Below, piece after piece: positions 28,161 to 38,547 of a stretch of DNA of 64,000 nucleotides (positions are counted from its first letter, which is position 1; each line of letters begins with the position of its first letter). The notes beneath the pieces are model-generated. The model searched no databases. It saw only the letters and a list, made by a program, of their open reading frames with translations, and was not told the origin of the DNA. The stretch is from Desulfatiglandales bacterium (GTDB taxonomy: Bacteria > Desulfobacterota > DSM-4660 > Desulfatiglandales > Desulfatiglandaceae). Made by a program: the position numbers and the translations under genes. The stretch lies in NCBI GenBank assembly GCA_963662465.1, contig OY759599.1, positions 96,001 to 160,000 of the forward strand, in the 5' to 3' direction.

Positions 28161-28676
28161 CTATGGAATAAGGCCTAAAATGTATTCTTCTACCAGGGTC
28201 TCGTTGAAATTTTCGATTTCGGATTCGGCATTTTGCTTTTCAATATCCGCCCTTTGAATAACGGGTGCGCTTACCGGCAACACCTGATAGAGTTTTAAAT
28301 GATTACCAAAATCTTTTCGCATAATTCCGAGATCCGATACCGCCTCAGCGGCATTGACGTAACCCAGCGGGTCGTCGGGTGATGCCACCATGAACCCGAG
28401 ACGGTGCTCCGGGTTCCCGATGATGAACAAGGATTTAACGCGTTCTTCCGAGACCTCCTCAATCAAAGGTTTGTTTTCCCTGAAATCATCGTCATCATCC
28501 AGGAAATGCTTGGCGTTTGCGATGAATCCTTCCCTGTTGTAAAGGGCGGCATCATCATGATCCGGATCCATGCTTTTTACATGAGCAGACAGTGCCCGAA
28601 TGGCCAGGCCCTGGTCCTCAAAAAAGATGGCATCTTCAATAATGCCCCTTGAAACGGTTATTAAAACCTGTGTCAT
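28161..28676 (-). CDS. Hypothetical protein
   Basis: ORF with RBS; its C-terminus is paralogous to the remnant at about 24800-24915. Confidence 0.6.
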   Translation of the reverse strand: MTQVLITVSRGIIEDAIFFEDQGLAIRALSAHVKSMDPDHDDAALYNREGFIANAKHFLDDDDDFRENKPLIEEVSEERVKSLFIIGNPEHRLGFMVASPDDPLGYVNAAEAVSDLGIMRKDFGNHLKLYQVLPVSAPVIQRADIEKQNAESEIENFNETLVEEYILGLIP

Positions 28677-29030
28677 CTGTTTCTCCTTTCATTATTTTCG
28701 GTTCCGTCTTAAAGGACAATCATGTCGATCATCCCTTCCACATGCCTCACCGTTATGAATTCCTTGAAATAGTCGGGCCTTTGCGGAAAGGCGGTATCAC
28801 TTTTCAGGTAGTTGACGATGTTCCGCATGGCCGTGTCATTGCTGACGCCTTTTTTCCTGGCAACGGACAGAAGCTTCTGCCGGTGCCTGTTCGAAATCAT
28901 GCTCCAGTATCCCTGCATTTCAAAACCTCCTCTTTTCAGTCAACGTCTCTCTCTTTTTGCTCCAACCACAACGGCAGTAATATCTGTCGCCGATGAGGAA
29001 TACGACATTTTTGGGCTCGGGCATTTCAAA

Positions 29031-29222
29031 TTAGGGTTCATGACAAATCCTCACATCGATCAGTTCATATATGTCCTGCCATTTTGCTTCGCACTCGGTA
29101 CAGTCCATCTTTTGAAAGGCCTTTCCGGTTTCTATCTCGATAAAGCCTCCTTGAATCGATGGAGATCCGCAAAGGGGACAGGAAACCCCTTTTCGTTTGA
29201 TGTGTTTTTTTTTGTCTAACAT
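29031..29222 (-). CDS. Small zinc-ribbon protein
   Basis: CPLCGS..CTECEAKW; RBS GGAGG. Confidence 0.55.
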   Translation of the reverse strand: MLDKKKHIKRKGVSCPLCGSPSIQGGFIEIETGKAFQKMDCTECEAKWQDIYELIDVRICHEP

Positions 29223-29277
29223 GGCCGGTCCTCCCCCATACTTATCTGTTGCTCAGGATTAGCGATACTTTCGGGAG

Positions 29278-29469
29278 TTATGCCCCGAGTTGGCTCTGAA
29301 TTATATACTGGTCGATCATGTCACCGCAGAAAGGGCAAAACCTATAACCGAATTCGTTCCAGTCATCGTTCTCTTTGAGAAGATCAACCTTATAGGTGTT
29401 CCCGCAGACGGAACATATTTCAGGATCGTCATAAGAATCGAACAGTCTGTTTAATTTTGAATTCCCCAT
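29278..29469 (-). CDS. Small zinc-ribbon protein
   Basis: CSVCG..CPFCG; RBS AGGAG. Confidence 0.55.
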   Translation of the reverse strand: MGNSKLNRLFDSYDDPEICSVCGNTYKVDLLKENDDWNEFGYRFCPFCGDMIDQYIIQSQLGA

Positions 29470-29804
29470 GTATTCATCTCTCCTTTCAGATTCTCAGATT
29501 AAATCTCCGTAAACATATCGCAGGACATACATCGGATGTATCCAATACTATTGTTTTTAGTGGATTCATTCTTCCCCACGAACACATAAACCTTGCCGCA
29601 GCACGGACAGATTTTCGCGTCATCTTGCAGATCTATTCCGGATCTCCATTCCATATCTTCCATCTGTTTCAACCCCCTTTCAAAAACGAAAAATGCCGAC
29701 ATAAGCCGACTCCTTGTAGAATGCCGTTCCCGAATCTTCACAGGCATCGGGACCATCCGCAGTAAAGACAGATGGGACAGCCACCCCCGCGGTAAAGCTG
29801 TTCA

Positions 29805-30110
29805 TTACAATCGGGACATCTGTTTCCGCTGCTTCGATTCGGCAGGGATATGGAAGGTGCAATTTCTTTCTTTGAGCGCCTGAAGTCCCTTTTCGATAAT
29901 GTTTCTTCCCTTTGTGAATTCATGAATTAATCGCCTCCTTTCTTTGAGATTCCGGGTTTTGTGGATACGGGCCTCGACCATATGAAGCCTCAGCATGGAC
30001 AATACCATGGTGGCGCCATATTCCTTTGTTGGCTCGATCACACTGAAAAGATTTGCCAACTTTTCTCTAAGGGTTTCCAGTTCGTTATGGATGTTCCGGG
30101 ACTTTTCCAT
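29805..30110 (-). CDS. Hypothetical protein
   Basis: ORF with AGGAGG RBS. Confidence 0.55.
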   Translation of the reverse strand: MEKSRNIHNELETLREKLANLFSVIEPTKEYGATMVLSMLRLHMVEARIHKTRNLKERRRLIHEFTKGRNIIEKGLQALKERNCTFHIPAESKQRKQMSRL

Positions 30111-30403
30111 TGATTTCCTCCTTTCATCATGAGTCTCTTTAAATGGTTGTTTGTTAAGCTAAATGGCCAAGAAAACGGGGTTAGAGGTTCACCTAAACAA
30201 AGAACGCCTCCCGACGGAGGCAGTCATACAGATGGCTCCAATGTCACTATTCGTTATTTGCCAGGATGAAAAAACCAGTTGTTCCTTTTGCTGTGCGGTC
30301 GTTATTTACAACGCGGTTCTTTTTCGGGTGTGATCGTAAGGGGAAAGCGGCACGCCGCAATTTGGCGCGGTAAGCCGCAGTTTTGGGTTTTGGGTTTTGG
30401 GTT

Positions 30404-32380
30404 TTAAGTTTTGAGTTGTTTTGGAAGGGATTTGGGGAGGTCCCGGACAAGGGTTACTTGAATGGAATCCTTATCAGGGAGGTGTGAATTTGAAAGGAGG
30501 ACCTTTGATTTTTGAAGGGCGATGGTATTGGTGGCAATGATGAATTTCTGATCGGCACGGAACTTGATAAGCTTTTCTATGTTCTTGGTTGTTTGATCCT
30601 GGTTGTTCTTTCCGGTCTCAAATTCCATGGCAATGACCCGGGCATCTTTTTCAAGGACAAGATCGATGTCATGTTTTTCTTTGTAGGTAAACCAGCCGTT
30701 TTGAAGGAAGTCTTGCCTTATCTGTTCCACGAAGTATCGGTGCTCCAGGCCTTGATTGCCTTCGCGCTCCACCTTGAGACCGATCTTAAAAAGGATCTCA
30801 GCCCCATTTTTTGTCACCTCAAAGAGCTTTTTACGGTTCACTATCACCGGACTGATGACACCGTTGTCAATTAAAGTCTTCTGGATATGGCTCGCATCTC
30901 TGGGGATCAGCCCCAGTTTCTTGGCCCGTTTGTCCGCCCCTTCAAAGGGTTGATTGAGCAGATCTTCGAGGAAAATGCGCTCCAGGGGGGAGGGGATAAA
31001 CCTATGTGTAGGAAACCGGAGCGGTTCTATTTCAGTCAATTGAAGGTTATTCGGGCTGTAATCCTTGTAAAAGTCTTTCATATGTTCCTGAATCTCTTTA
31101 TCAGAGATATTTTCCGGTTTCCGGATAAACGGAACATCAATGAGAAAAGGATATTGGTATCTTCCCATGAGCCTGCAGATGGCCTGGCCGGTTTTGAGCA
31201 TCCCGACGAATTTGCGTTCATCAAAGGTTATGTTCATGGCAGCGGCCACCGCACCCACATTCTTTTGATGATTTAACGAAAAGGTGATTTTTGTGTAGAG
31301 GTTTTCAAAGACCGGGTTCGGAATAAGGGAAGGGGTCTGGTCGATGATCAACAGACCGGTCCCGTATTTCCGGATCTGACGAAATATTTTCTGGACCAGG
31401 TCATCTTTTTCACTGTTGTCAACGATGTTATGGAATTCCTCAAATACCAACAGATGCTTGAGATGCTCGTCTTCCGCACCCTGGCGTTCCTTGTAAAGCC
31501 AGTACCAGAGGGTGAACATCTCGATGAAAAAGACCTTGTCATTGCTGTTTGACAGCGCCCCCAATTCAAATATGACAAAATTTTCCTGAAGCTTTTCGAT
31601 GGGATAAAAATCATGAACATTATATATTTTTCCCGTGCCGCCGTAGCTTAGAAACTCCAGCATTCGGAGCGAACTCTGTTTCCAGAGCATCTCCCTTCCG
31701 CGCATTTTGTTCCCGGTCATTTCCCCGGCCAGGATTTTTCTCGCATCTTCCGTTGTGGGCTCATTGTGTTCCTGGTAGGCCTTGTCAAACACTTTCAAGA
31801 GTACACTGTCAGATCCCACACCGCCTAAGTATGCTCGGTTAAAGACCTCGATGACGTTCTTGACATAATCCTTGTAGGTCAGTCCTTCAGGCATTTTCAG
31901 GTAGTTGAAAAAGAAGGGGGATATATCTGAACCGATGGTGAAAACCTTGACCTCCGGCGATTCTTTGACCAGGTCCCGGTAGTTTCTTTCCCAGTCAAAA
32001 ACGATGAAAGGGATTTTTATCCTCATCATTTCTCTAAGGATATTTTTGGCAAGGGTGGTCTTCCCGGTCCCGGTGCTTCCGAATATCCCGGTATGGCGGG
32101 TAAGCTCCGGGCGACTGATGCCGATGTTGTAAGAGGGGTAGCCCAGGTACCGGATATCGCCTATTGATATGTCCCCTCGGGCCAGATTCCTGTCAGGAGG
32201 GGGAAGCACGATATCCTCTTCAATATCGTCGATATGATATTTTTCTTTGAGAATGTTGATCACGGTCAGCCATTCCTGACGGTCTTTCAGGTTGCTGGAG
32301 TTGTATCTAACCCAGAGACCATCCGCCTTTTTTCCGATGAACGGTTTCAGCTTCCGAAGTATCGATTTAACGTCCTCCAT
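30404..32380 (-). CDS. HerA/DUF87-like ATPase with C-terminal wHTH-like and PD-(D/E)XK-like domains
   Basis: HTGIFGSTGTGKT, FEEFH, RQIRKYGTGLLIIDQTPS; tail DIDLVL..IAMEFETG. Confidence 0.8.
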   Translation of the reverse strand: MEDVKSILRKLKPFIGKKADGLWVRYNSSNLKDRQEWLTVINILKEKYHIDDIEEDIVLPPPDRNLARGDISIGDIRYLGYPSYNIGISRPELTRHTGIFGSTGTGKTTLAKNILREMMRIKIPFIVFDWERNYRDLVKESPEVKVFTIGSDISPFFFNYLKMPEGLTYKDYVKNVIEVFNRAYLGGVGSDSVLLKVFDKAYQEHNEPTTEDARKILAGEMTGNKMRGREMLWKQSSLRMLEFLSYGGTGKIYNVHDFYPIEKLQENFVIFELGALSNSNDKVFFIEMFTLWYWLYKERQGAEDEHLKHLLVFEEFHNIVDNSEKDDLVQKIFRQIRKYGTGLLIIDQTPSLIPNPVFENLYTKITFSLNHQKNVGAVAAAMNITFDERKFVGMLKTGQAICRLMGRYQYPFLIDVPFIRKPENISDKEIQEHMKDFYKDYSPNNLQLTEIEPLRFPTHRFIPSPLERIFLEDLLNQPFEGADKRAKKLGLIPRDASHIQKTLIDNGVISPVIVNRKKLFEVTKNGAEILFKIGLKVEREGNQGLEHRYFVEQIRQDFLQNGWFTYKEKHDIDLVLEKDARVIAMEFETGKNNQDQTTKNIEKLIKFRADQKFIIATNTIALQKSKVLLSNSHLPDKDSIQVTLVRDLPKSLPKQLKT

Positions 32381-33128
32381 TTTTCAAAATAAAGTCTTTT
32401 TGGCACCACCCGCCGCAGGTGCAGGGATAATCCTTTTCATCCGTTGATACGGTTTTTTTATGAATATCCGTGACCAGTTCCAGGGCATACTCGACAAAAC
32501 GTTGGGTTACCCGAAATCGTCTTTCCTTCATAGTTTTTAAAAAATCAATGGCCATAACGTCGGGCAGTACATGGAAATTTTCACGGTAAAGCAGCGCATA
32601 GATTGCCATCTGGATCTTGATGTCCGGGGTGATGTCATCTTTTTTGCTTGTCTTATAATCAGTGATCATGACACTGCCATTGTGGTTTTGTATGGCATCG
32701 ATAATGCCCATTACATAATAAGTTTTCGAAAAAAGTTTTACTTCGGCCGAGGTCTTTTTAGAGTGCCTCCGGCCCTGCTTTTCGTATCTCTTGAGCCAGC
32801 CCAGGAGCATCTCCCAGGACTCCTGGTAGTACTGTTTGATGGTTGAATCCCCAAGGCCCAACTGTTGAAGTTCCTTGTCATGCCGGAGCCAGGCATCGTC
32901 AAAAAGATGGTGCAAGGCAGCCTTAATCCTGTCGGGATAATGGCCGCTAGATACCTTCAGCTTATGAAACCCTGCGATGGCTTCATGCACCGCGCTTCCC
33001 CGGATGAGGTAGATGCTGGATCTCTGTTTCGAGCGAAGGGTGTACCTGAGATAGTATTTTCTGGGACAGCGGTGATACATGTTGATAGATGTTGCCGATT
33101 GCATGCGTCTTGCCAATTTATTTTCCAC
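32367..33128 (-). CDS. PD-(D/E)XK nuclease, Cas4/AddB-like
   Basis: SATSINMY.RCPRKYYL, GSAVH, GIIDAI..DYKTS, Q...YA, terminal C..C..WC. Confidence 0.85.
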   Translation of the reverse strand: MENKLARRMQSATSINMYHRCPRKYYLRYTLRSKQRSSIYLIRGSAVHEAIAGFHKLKVSSGHYPDRIKAALHHLFDDAWLRHDKELQQLGLGDSTIKQYYQESWEMLLGWLKRYEKQGRRHSKKTSAEVKLFSKTYYVMGIIDAIQNHNGSVMITDYKTSKKDDITPDIKIQMAIYALLYRENFHVLPDVMAIDFLKTMKERRFRVTQRFVEYALELVTDIHKKTVSTDEKDYPCTCGGWCQKDFILKNGGR

Positions 33129-33257
33129 TCCGGGACCTTTGTCGCATGTTCTTGACTTCAACAAAATCCACAATCACCTGTTCGATCTCATCATCATTCA
33201 TCATGAGGGCGAACTGTATTGCGTCTTGCTTTATTTTTTTGACATCCTGTCTGGTTA

Positions 33258-33845
33258 TCATGGTGAAACCTCCATTTCTGTAATAAGCATGTTCTTCTGA
33301 ACTTCTTCCTGGTACTGGGTCAGAGCCTCTCGAAGTTCCTGGTTCAACTGGCATGTGTCGTTGAAATAACCGGCAGCCTCTTTTCTTTCCTGTTGCCCCA
33401 GATCAAATTTCATTCCTTCCAGATTGATCCTTTCCCGGTCCACGTGGCATGATCTTGTTAGTCTTTCGTTGATCATGTTCTGGGCCTTACAGCTGTCTTT
33501 GGCGATCCCGTACATCATATCCCGGTGAATCTTTTTCCGCTCATCGAGCTGAAGCAGGATCATTTCAATTTTGGATCGAATAAGGGTCAAACGGTCTTCG
33601 AATATGTCGTCTATGGTGCCCGGCGAAGCGTTTTGAAGGGACTCTTTTTTCATGGAGCAAAGGACATGATCTACAAGGCCGTTTTTTGAAGGCGGTTTCC
33701 AATGGGGCGCTTTTTGCGTGGGAATGATGTATCTATCAGGATTAAGTGGGATATACATTTCCCATTGTTTTTTCACAGTGCTCCCATTTTTGTGCTCATG
33801 AGGTTCTTCCATTTCTATTGCGCTTTGCATTTCAATCTTCTCCAC
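33258..33845 (-). CDS. Coiled-coil hypothetical protein
   Basis: Long helical heptad-rich ORF upstream of the nuclease/ATPase pair. Confidence 0.55.
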   Translation of the reverse strand: MEKIEMQSAIEMEEPHEHKNGSTVKKQWEMYIPLNPDRYIIPTQKAPHWKPPSKNGLVDHVLCSMKKESLQNASPGTIDDIFEDRLTLIRSKIEMILLQLDERKKIHRDMMYGIAKDSCKAQNMINERLTRSCHVDRERINLEGMKFDLGQQERKEAAGYFNDTCQLNQELREALTQYQEEVQKNMLITEMEVSP

Positions 33846-33958
33846 TATCCGGTAGTAAACAATTCAAATATAAAAACTTTTCGGTATTGGAGATGGTTTC
33901 TCAGGAAGCATCTCTTTTAAACCAAAATCTATTTATAGAAAAAGCAGATCTCAAACCC

Positions 33959-34480
33959 ATGATGAAGAAAAAGTGTAAGCCCGATCAAAAAAATCAGTCG
34001 ATTTTGGTGTTCTCTGCGGTAGCTGTTATTCTTGTTTTTGGATTTCTTATATTTTATTTCAATCATCCCCGTGAGCAGCTAAAAGAATCTCCGGATATAT
34101 TTTTCAGCGTGGCCGGTCACGTGAATGGCAATCCCGTTCCAAACGCCACCATCTTTCTTTACGTCCTTACAGATACCCGCCTTAAAGCAGTCCTGGCCAC
34201 AATCAGGAACACGGAACCCTTCTTGAACATCACCATGAATGAAACCAATGGTTTCAGGATTCCTTATGTTTCACCCGGAGACTATGCCGCTGTTATGCCT
34301 GATACATTGTTCGACGGTCCCATCGGTGGGCCTGTTCCAAAAGAATGGCATCATAACAACTACGAACTCAAGATCATCCACCATGGCTACGACCATAAAT
34401 ATCTGGTCGTCGCTTTTTCAATCCACAGATTTCGCAGATTACACGGATTACTATCAATTGGAGGGCAATACGAAATCTGA
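33959..34480 (+). CDS. Membrane-anchored hypothetical protein
   Basis: N-terminal TM followed by a beta-rich domain; family A repeat at 34420-34449 in its 3' end. Confidence 0.5.
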   Translation: MMKKKCKPDQKNQSILVFSAVAVILVFGFLIFYFNHPREQLKESPDIFFSVAGHVNGNPVPNATIFLYVLTDTRLKAVLATIRNTEPFLNITMNETNGFRIPYVSPGDYAAVMPDTLFDGPIGGPVPKEWHHNNYELKIIHHGYDHKYLVVAFSIHRFRRLHGLLSIGGQYEI

Positions 34481-34484
34481 AGGA

Positions 34485-34565
34485 TTTAATTCCCCGGAGC
34501 TTGCTGCGATAGAAAAGATAAAACTCTCATTTGGATACCCGCTGCTTGCGGTCGGGTGGTTCATT
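34485..34565. repeat. REP/MITE-like paired palindromes resembling IS200/IS605-type ends
   Basis: atttaattccccggagcttgctgcg ... gataccccgctgcttgcggtcgggtggttcatt. Confidence 0.5.
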
Positions 34566-34935
34566 TCGCAAATCTTCTTGACACGTAAATTCGAGAATCG
34601 AAACCTTTATTAAGGCACGCTGTTTTCCAGAATCCGGGGACAAAAAAGTACCGATCTTGATGGCTTAAATGTCCTTTGAAATCAGGGAGCAAACTGCTCC
34701 CTTATTCTTCTGTATGTTCGGTCTCCCTGGTTTTTTCAGATATTTTTAAAAGATTCGCCGCTCAATTTTTGCCACATTACCGACTGTCCTATATTTCAGC
34801 GCCCAATAGAACGAATCCAACCAGGGCGTGGTATCCTGTCAATACATCTCATGGTGAAACCAAAACCGACCGGCTTCAAAACCGGAACTTATTCATAGTG
34901 AATGGAGTCGAGTTCTTAAGGCGAGAAAATTCCCT

Positions 34936-35226
34936 TTACGGTTTTTTTTTCCAGCAACAACAATCTGTACAATAGATGATGAGCTTTCTTGCTTCTTTCT
35001 CTGTACCTTTAAAGAGGACTTTCCCGCACGTTGAACATTCCATGCTGATATGTTCATTCTCCAAGCCATATTGCTCTTCAAATTCAGGCATCTTATCTAT
35101 TTCTCTTCCCAGTTCGCTGTCAAAAGGAATGAATTCAATGGGTGGTTCCATGGGCCTGAATTCCCTTAACCTGAAATCTATGAAATACCTTTTGCCCTTG
35201 TGCTTTATAATGGGTAGTTTTTGCAT
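34936..35226 (-). CDS. Hypothetical protein with zinc ribbon
   Basis: YFIDFRLREFR; CSTCG..CTDC; RBS GGAGG. Confidence 0.6.
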   Translation of the reverse strand: MQKLPIIKHKGKRYFIDFRLREFRPMEPPIEFIPFDSELGREIDKMPEFEEQYGLENEHISMECSTCGKVLFKGTEKEARKLIIYCTDCCCWKKKP

Positions 35227-35435
35227 TTTTTCTTAACCTCCGTGCTTTATTAATGGGGCACGGAGGACTGTTCGCGCCCTTAAACATTCTTGTCCAGCCC
35301 CTTTGCCTCAGAAATTCCGGGAAGTGAGCGAAGCTGCGTAGGCCTTGGCCGAAGTGCGGAGCTCGCGGTTGTCACAGAACGTAATGGAAACCGGCTAATG
35401 GCCATGCGAAAAAGGGCCTGAAAAGGCTCCTTCTT

Positions 35436-36005
35436 CTATTCACTGTAGGCGCGTTTCCGCCAAATGCACTTACACTTTAGGATTCTGCCGTTCAGCTCTG
35501 ATATCCTGGCGAAAAGTTTTTCCTTGTTCATCAAATGGGGATATTTCCTGTAGTTTTCAAGCAACATGCACACCTTGTTCCTGAACTCATCATCAACCAG
35601 CTTTTTGAATCGCTTGGCGATATTTGCTTTGCCCTCCTCGTGGCAGATACAGCTGTGGAGAAGTGCCAAGTCATCGACTCTCTCATAAATTTTTCTGAGG
35701 CGGTATGCATGTTTGTCGAAGGGATGTGCCCTCTGGTAGTCAATAGAACCGTAGTGGAATGATATGGAATCGTCCCCTTCAAAAGCCCAGAAATCGCTAT
35801 GCTGCGATTGCTTTGGCAAGCTTAAAAGCAATGCATAGTCCTGTGTCATAAACCAGTGTACAAAATCCCAGTATGCCTGTTGTTCCTCTTCGTTGTCGAA
35901 TTCCAAACAACTAAATTGGCGAATGGGTTTGAGTCCCGGCCGCGGCGGCAAATCCTGTTCATCAATCCAACAATCCACTGTTTCACGTATCTGTTTTCTA
36001 TCCAT
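35436..36005 (-). CDS. Hypothetical protein
   Basis: Start reassigned to MDRKQ after a GGAGGTG RBS. Confidence 0.55.
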   Translation of the reverse strand: MDRKQIRETVDCWIDEQDLPPRPGLKPIRQFSCLEFDNEEEQQAYWDFVHWFMTQDYALLLSLPKQSQHSDFWAFEGDDSISFHYGSIDYQRAHPFDKHAYRLRKIYERVDDLALLHSCICHEEGKANIAKRFKKLVDDEFRNKVCMLLENYRKYPHLMNKEKLFARISELNGRILKCKCIWRKRAYSE

Positions 36006-36558
36006 CTTATTCACCTCCCGGAGCGAGTATCTTCTCTCTCTCAGGTCGTAATCTGTACCTGAGAGAGAGTAGTCCTGCTTGGTTTTTGTCCGCATCGGTT
36101 TTTATAAAAATGGATGTATTCATCCCGGGATATGTAAATTCTGAACACATACCGGAATCAAGGACAAAAACTGAAAGATTAAAAATGTAGCGTGGCGGTC
36201 ACTTCCGGCGTGACTAATCCGGGAGAACGGACCATTTAATTTCTATCCTGGATTAGGCACGCGAAGTGGGCATATTTATGCCACCTATCTTTATTTATCT
36301 TTCACAGGCTATCTGCCAAAGGGAGGGTTTGGGAGGGAAATAAGGTTCCCCTCTCAAATTAGAAGAAGAATTTGCCATAGGCGACCCCGTGGGGGGAAAG
36401 GTTTAAATAGGCGTTTGCGGTGAGCAAAGCGGAGCGTACTCCTTTTAAGCCTTTAGCCGTGAAGTGGCACAAATAGTCCACCTTTCGTTGAGGCGGAATC
36501 TATTGGATATCGTCAAGATAAAACCACTGCTTATTTTTGATTTAAATCATCCTAAGGT

Positions 36559-38238
36559 CAATACCCGTGAATGAATGATGTTCATGCTGCCTTTTTGTAC
36601 AGGACTTCCACATCTTGATTGAAATGGACGGTTTGCGATTTATCCTTGCTACGCTTTCGTTTGAAATTAGACATTTTTACTTTTATGACCCGTGGATTAC
36701 GTCTGGGTCTGCGTGGTCTATCAATTTTTGATTCTGCGATCATTTTAAGCAGAAAAGACCGCTTTTCTTTTCTCTTTCCCGTTATCATACTCATGAGTGG
36801 GGCACTTTGTATGATAAGATCGACAGTATCTACGAAACTGATCAACAAAGGATCACCGCCTTCCATGTTTGTTGCTTCTTGGATCAAAGAGCGAATCAGA
36901 TTGTATACGATCATTATTGAATACAATTCCTGTTCAACCAAATCACTGCGTTTACTACGAATTATGGTCGGCATTTGCCCTTTAAGAGTAGCGCACTGAT
37001 GAGTTTTAATTTCATCAAAAGCAATTTCTATATCCCAGCGCTTATGATAATGGGTGACAATCTCTTTTGCGCTGATATCTGAATCCAAGAGGCTTGTAAT
37101 TAAACGTACAGGTCGAAAACCTGGAATTTGGAAATGAATTACACGAACGATTATTTCAACCTTTTTCCATTTTTTCCGGCCGGTTTTCGGGTCTTCCGAT
37201 TCAACGATTTTCCCGTCAATTTTGCTCAGATAACTGCCGTCAAGCATTTGGGAACCAGGAATTGGTTTTAATTTTCCCGATTTTGCTATTTTCATAATGT
37301 GTTGAATCCCATTCTCGAACATATAATTGGCCAAATCAAATGAGTAAAATCCAGCATCAAAAAGCAATAATGCGCTTTCTATTGAACATCTTTTCAGGAT
37401 TTGAAACATCAAGGTTCTTTCGCCGGTCTTTTTTCCTTTGTAGGGAGCATAAGCAATATCTATAATTCGACGGGCAGTCAGACCCATTAATGCAACCAAT
37501 CTCATTTGCGGGAATGCGCCGTAGCCTCTTCCCGAGTTGTGTTTTCCAAACTTTTGCCAATTGCTTTCAGTGTCCGGCATTGTCAAGGAGGTACCATCAA
37601 ACATAGCGGTTCTCATTCCATGAAAATCAGGAGGTTCAATGTCTTTGAAAGTCGAAGCAAATCTGTAAAAAATGGTACGAAAGACGTCAATTCCCATTTT
37701 GGATCGAGCATGGCTAATCGTGCCTGCTTTTACAAATTTTCCATGGAAATCCAAATCCTTCCAGCGCATACCGGCGACCAGCCAGTTCAAAGTTTTGTCG
37801 TAATTCAAGTTTCGACGCAAAGCTAATGCAAAGCATAGCCAAACCAAAACAACCGGCGTCAGAATCGTGCCTTTCCTGTATTTGTCTTTCTGATGTTCTT
37901 TGAGAGCATCCTCAATGATCGGTTGAATAATTTTTTCAAAAGGAGCAAACTCAAAATCACTTTCAATTTTGGAAAAAATTTCTGAAACCCTTTTGATCAT
38001 GACTCTATCCTCGTCTAAGTTTTCTGATTAGTTGGTCTTTACATGAACCCATCAGAGTTTAAACGAGTATGAAGCGAATGTCCCGCTCCGTATTGCGGCA
38101 TTATTCGCTAAAATCAGCCGTATGGCCTTATTAGATCGTTTTTTCTCGCTTTTATATAGAATTTCTTTTTATTTTGACGATTATCTTTACTGAGGATTGG
38201 CCTCAGAAAAAGTGAAGCCAATTCATTCACGGGTATTG
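36559..38238 (-). mobile_element. Complete IS4-family insertion sequence, 1680 bp
   Basis: 18-bp perfect TIR caatacccgtgaatgaat; 10-bp target duplication atcctaaggt at 36549-36558 and 38239-38248. Confidence 0.95.
36582..38000 (-). CDS. IS4-family DDE transposase
   Basis: FDGTSL, FDAGF, YHKRWDIEIAFDEIK (YREK motif). Confidence 0.95.
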   Translation of the reverse strand: MIKRVSEIFSKIESDFEFAPFEKIIQPIIEDALKEHQKDKYRKGTILTPVVLVWLCFALALRRNLNYDKTLNWLVAGMRWKDLDFHGKFVKAGTISHARSKMGIDVFRTIFYRFASTFKDIEPPDFHGMRTAMFDGTSLTMPDTESNWQKFGKHNSGRGYGAFPQMRLVALMGLTARRIIDIAYAPYKGKKTGERTLMFQILKRCSIESALLLFDAGFYSFDLANYMFENGIQHIMKIAKSGKLKPIPGSQMLDGSYLSKIDGKIVESEDPKTGRKKWKKVEIIVRVIHFQIPGFRPVRLITSLLDSDISAKEIVTHYHKRWDIEIAFDEIKTHQCATLKGQMPTIIRSKRSDLVEQELYSIMIVYNLIRSLIQEATNMEGGDPLLISFVDTVDLIIQSAPLMSMITGKRKEKRSFLLKMIAESKIDRPRRPRRNPRVIKVKMSNFKRKRSKDKSQTVHFNQDVEVLYKKAA

Positions 38239-38489
38239 ATCCTAAGGTTAACCGGCCACCGAAAACAATCGACACATTTGATTCTTTTTGCCATAATTGT
38301 CGAGTTGGAGCTGACTCTGCATTTCACGTTGACTTTCATTTCTGTTCACAGGGCCATTACAATTGTATTCAGAAATTTGGTTCAAATCTTATGAATACCA
38401 TCTGTATTGTGAAAGGCGTTAGAGTTTCGGTATAATGCGAGTATCTTTAACCTCGCTTAGTTCGAATCCAAAGCCTCCACCTCACAAGC

Positions 38490-38517
38490 TTGACAAAATA
38501 TACTGGCGTGATATTCT
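38490..38517 (+). promoter_or_regulatory. Sigma70-like promoter upstream of the cassette array
   Basis: TTGACA-16 bp-TATTCT with TGn extension; palindrome ttcgcgaattgcgaa just downstream. Confidence 0.6.
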
Positions 38518-38547
38518 CTATTCGCGAATTGCGAAAGGAGAATGCTC

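Noticed and set aside
36100..36540. Hairpin-rich intergenic region as oriT or ncRNA
   Set aside because: I could not match it to a known nick site or RNA family by eye
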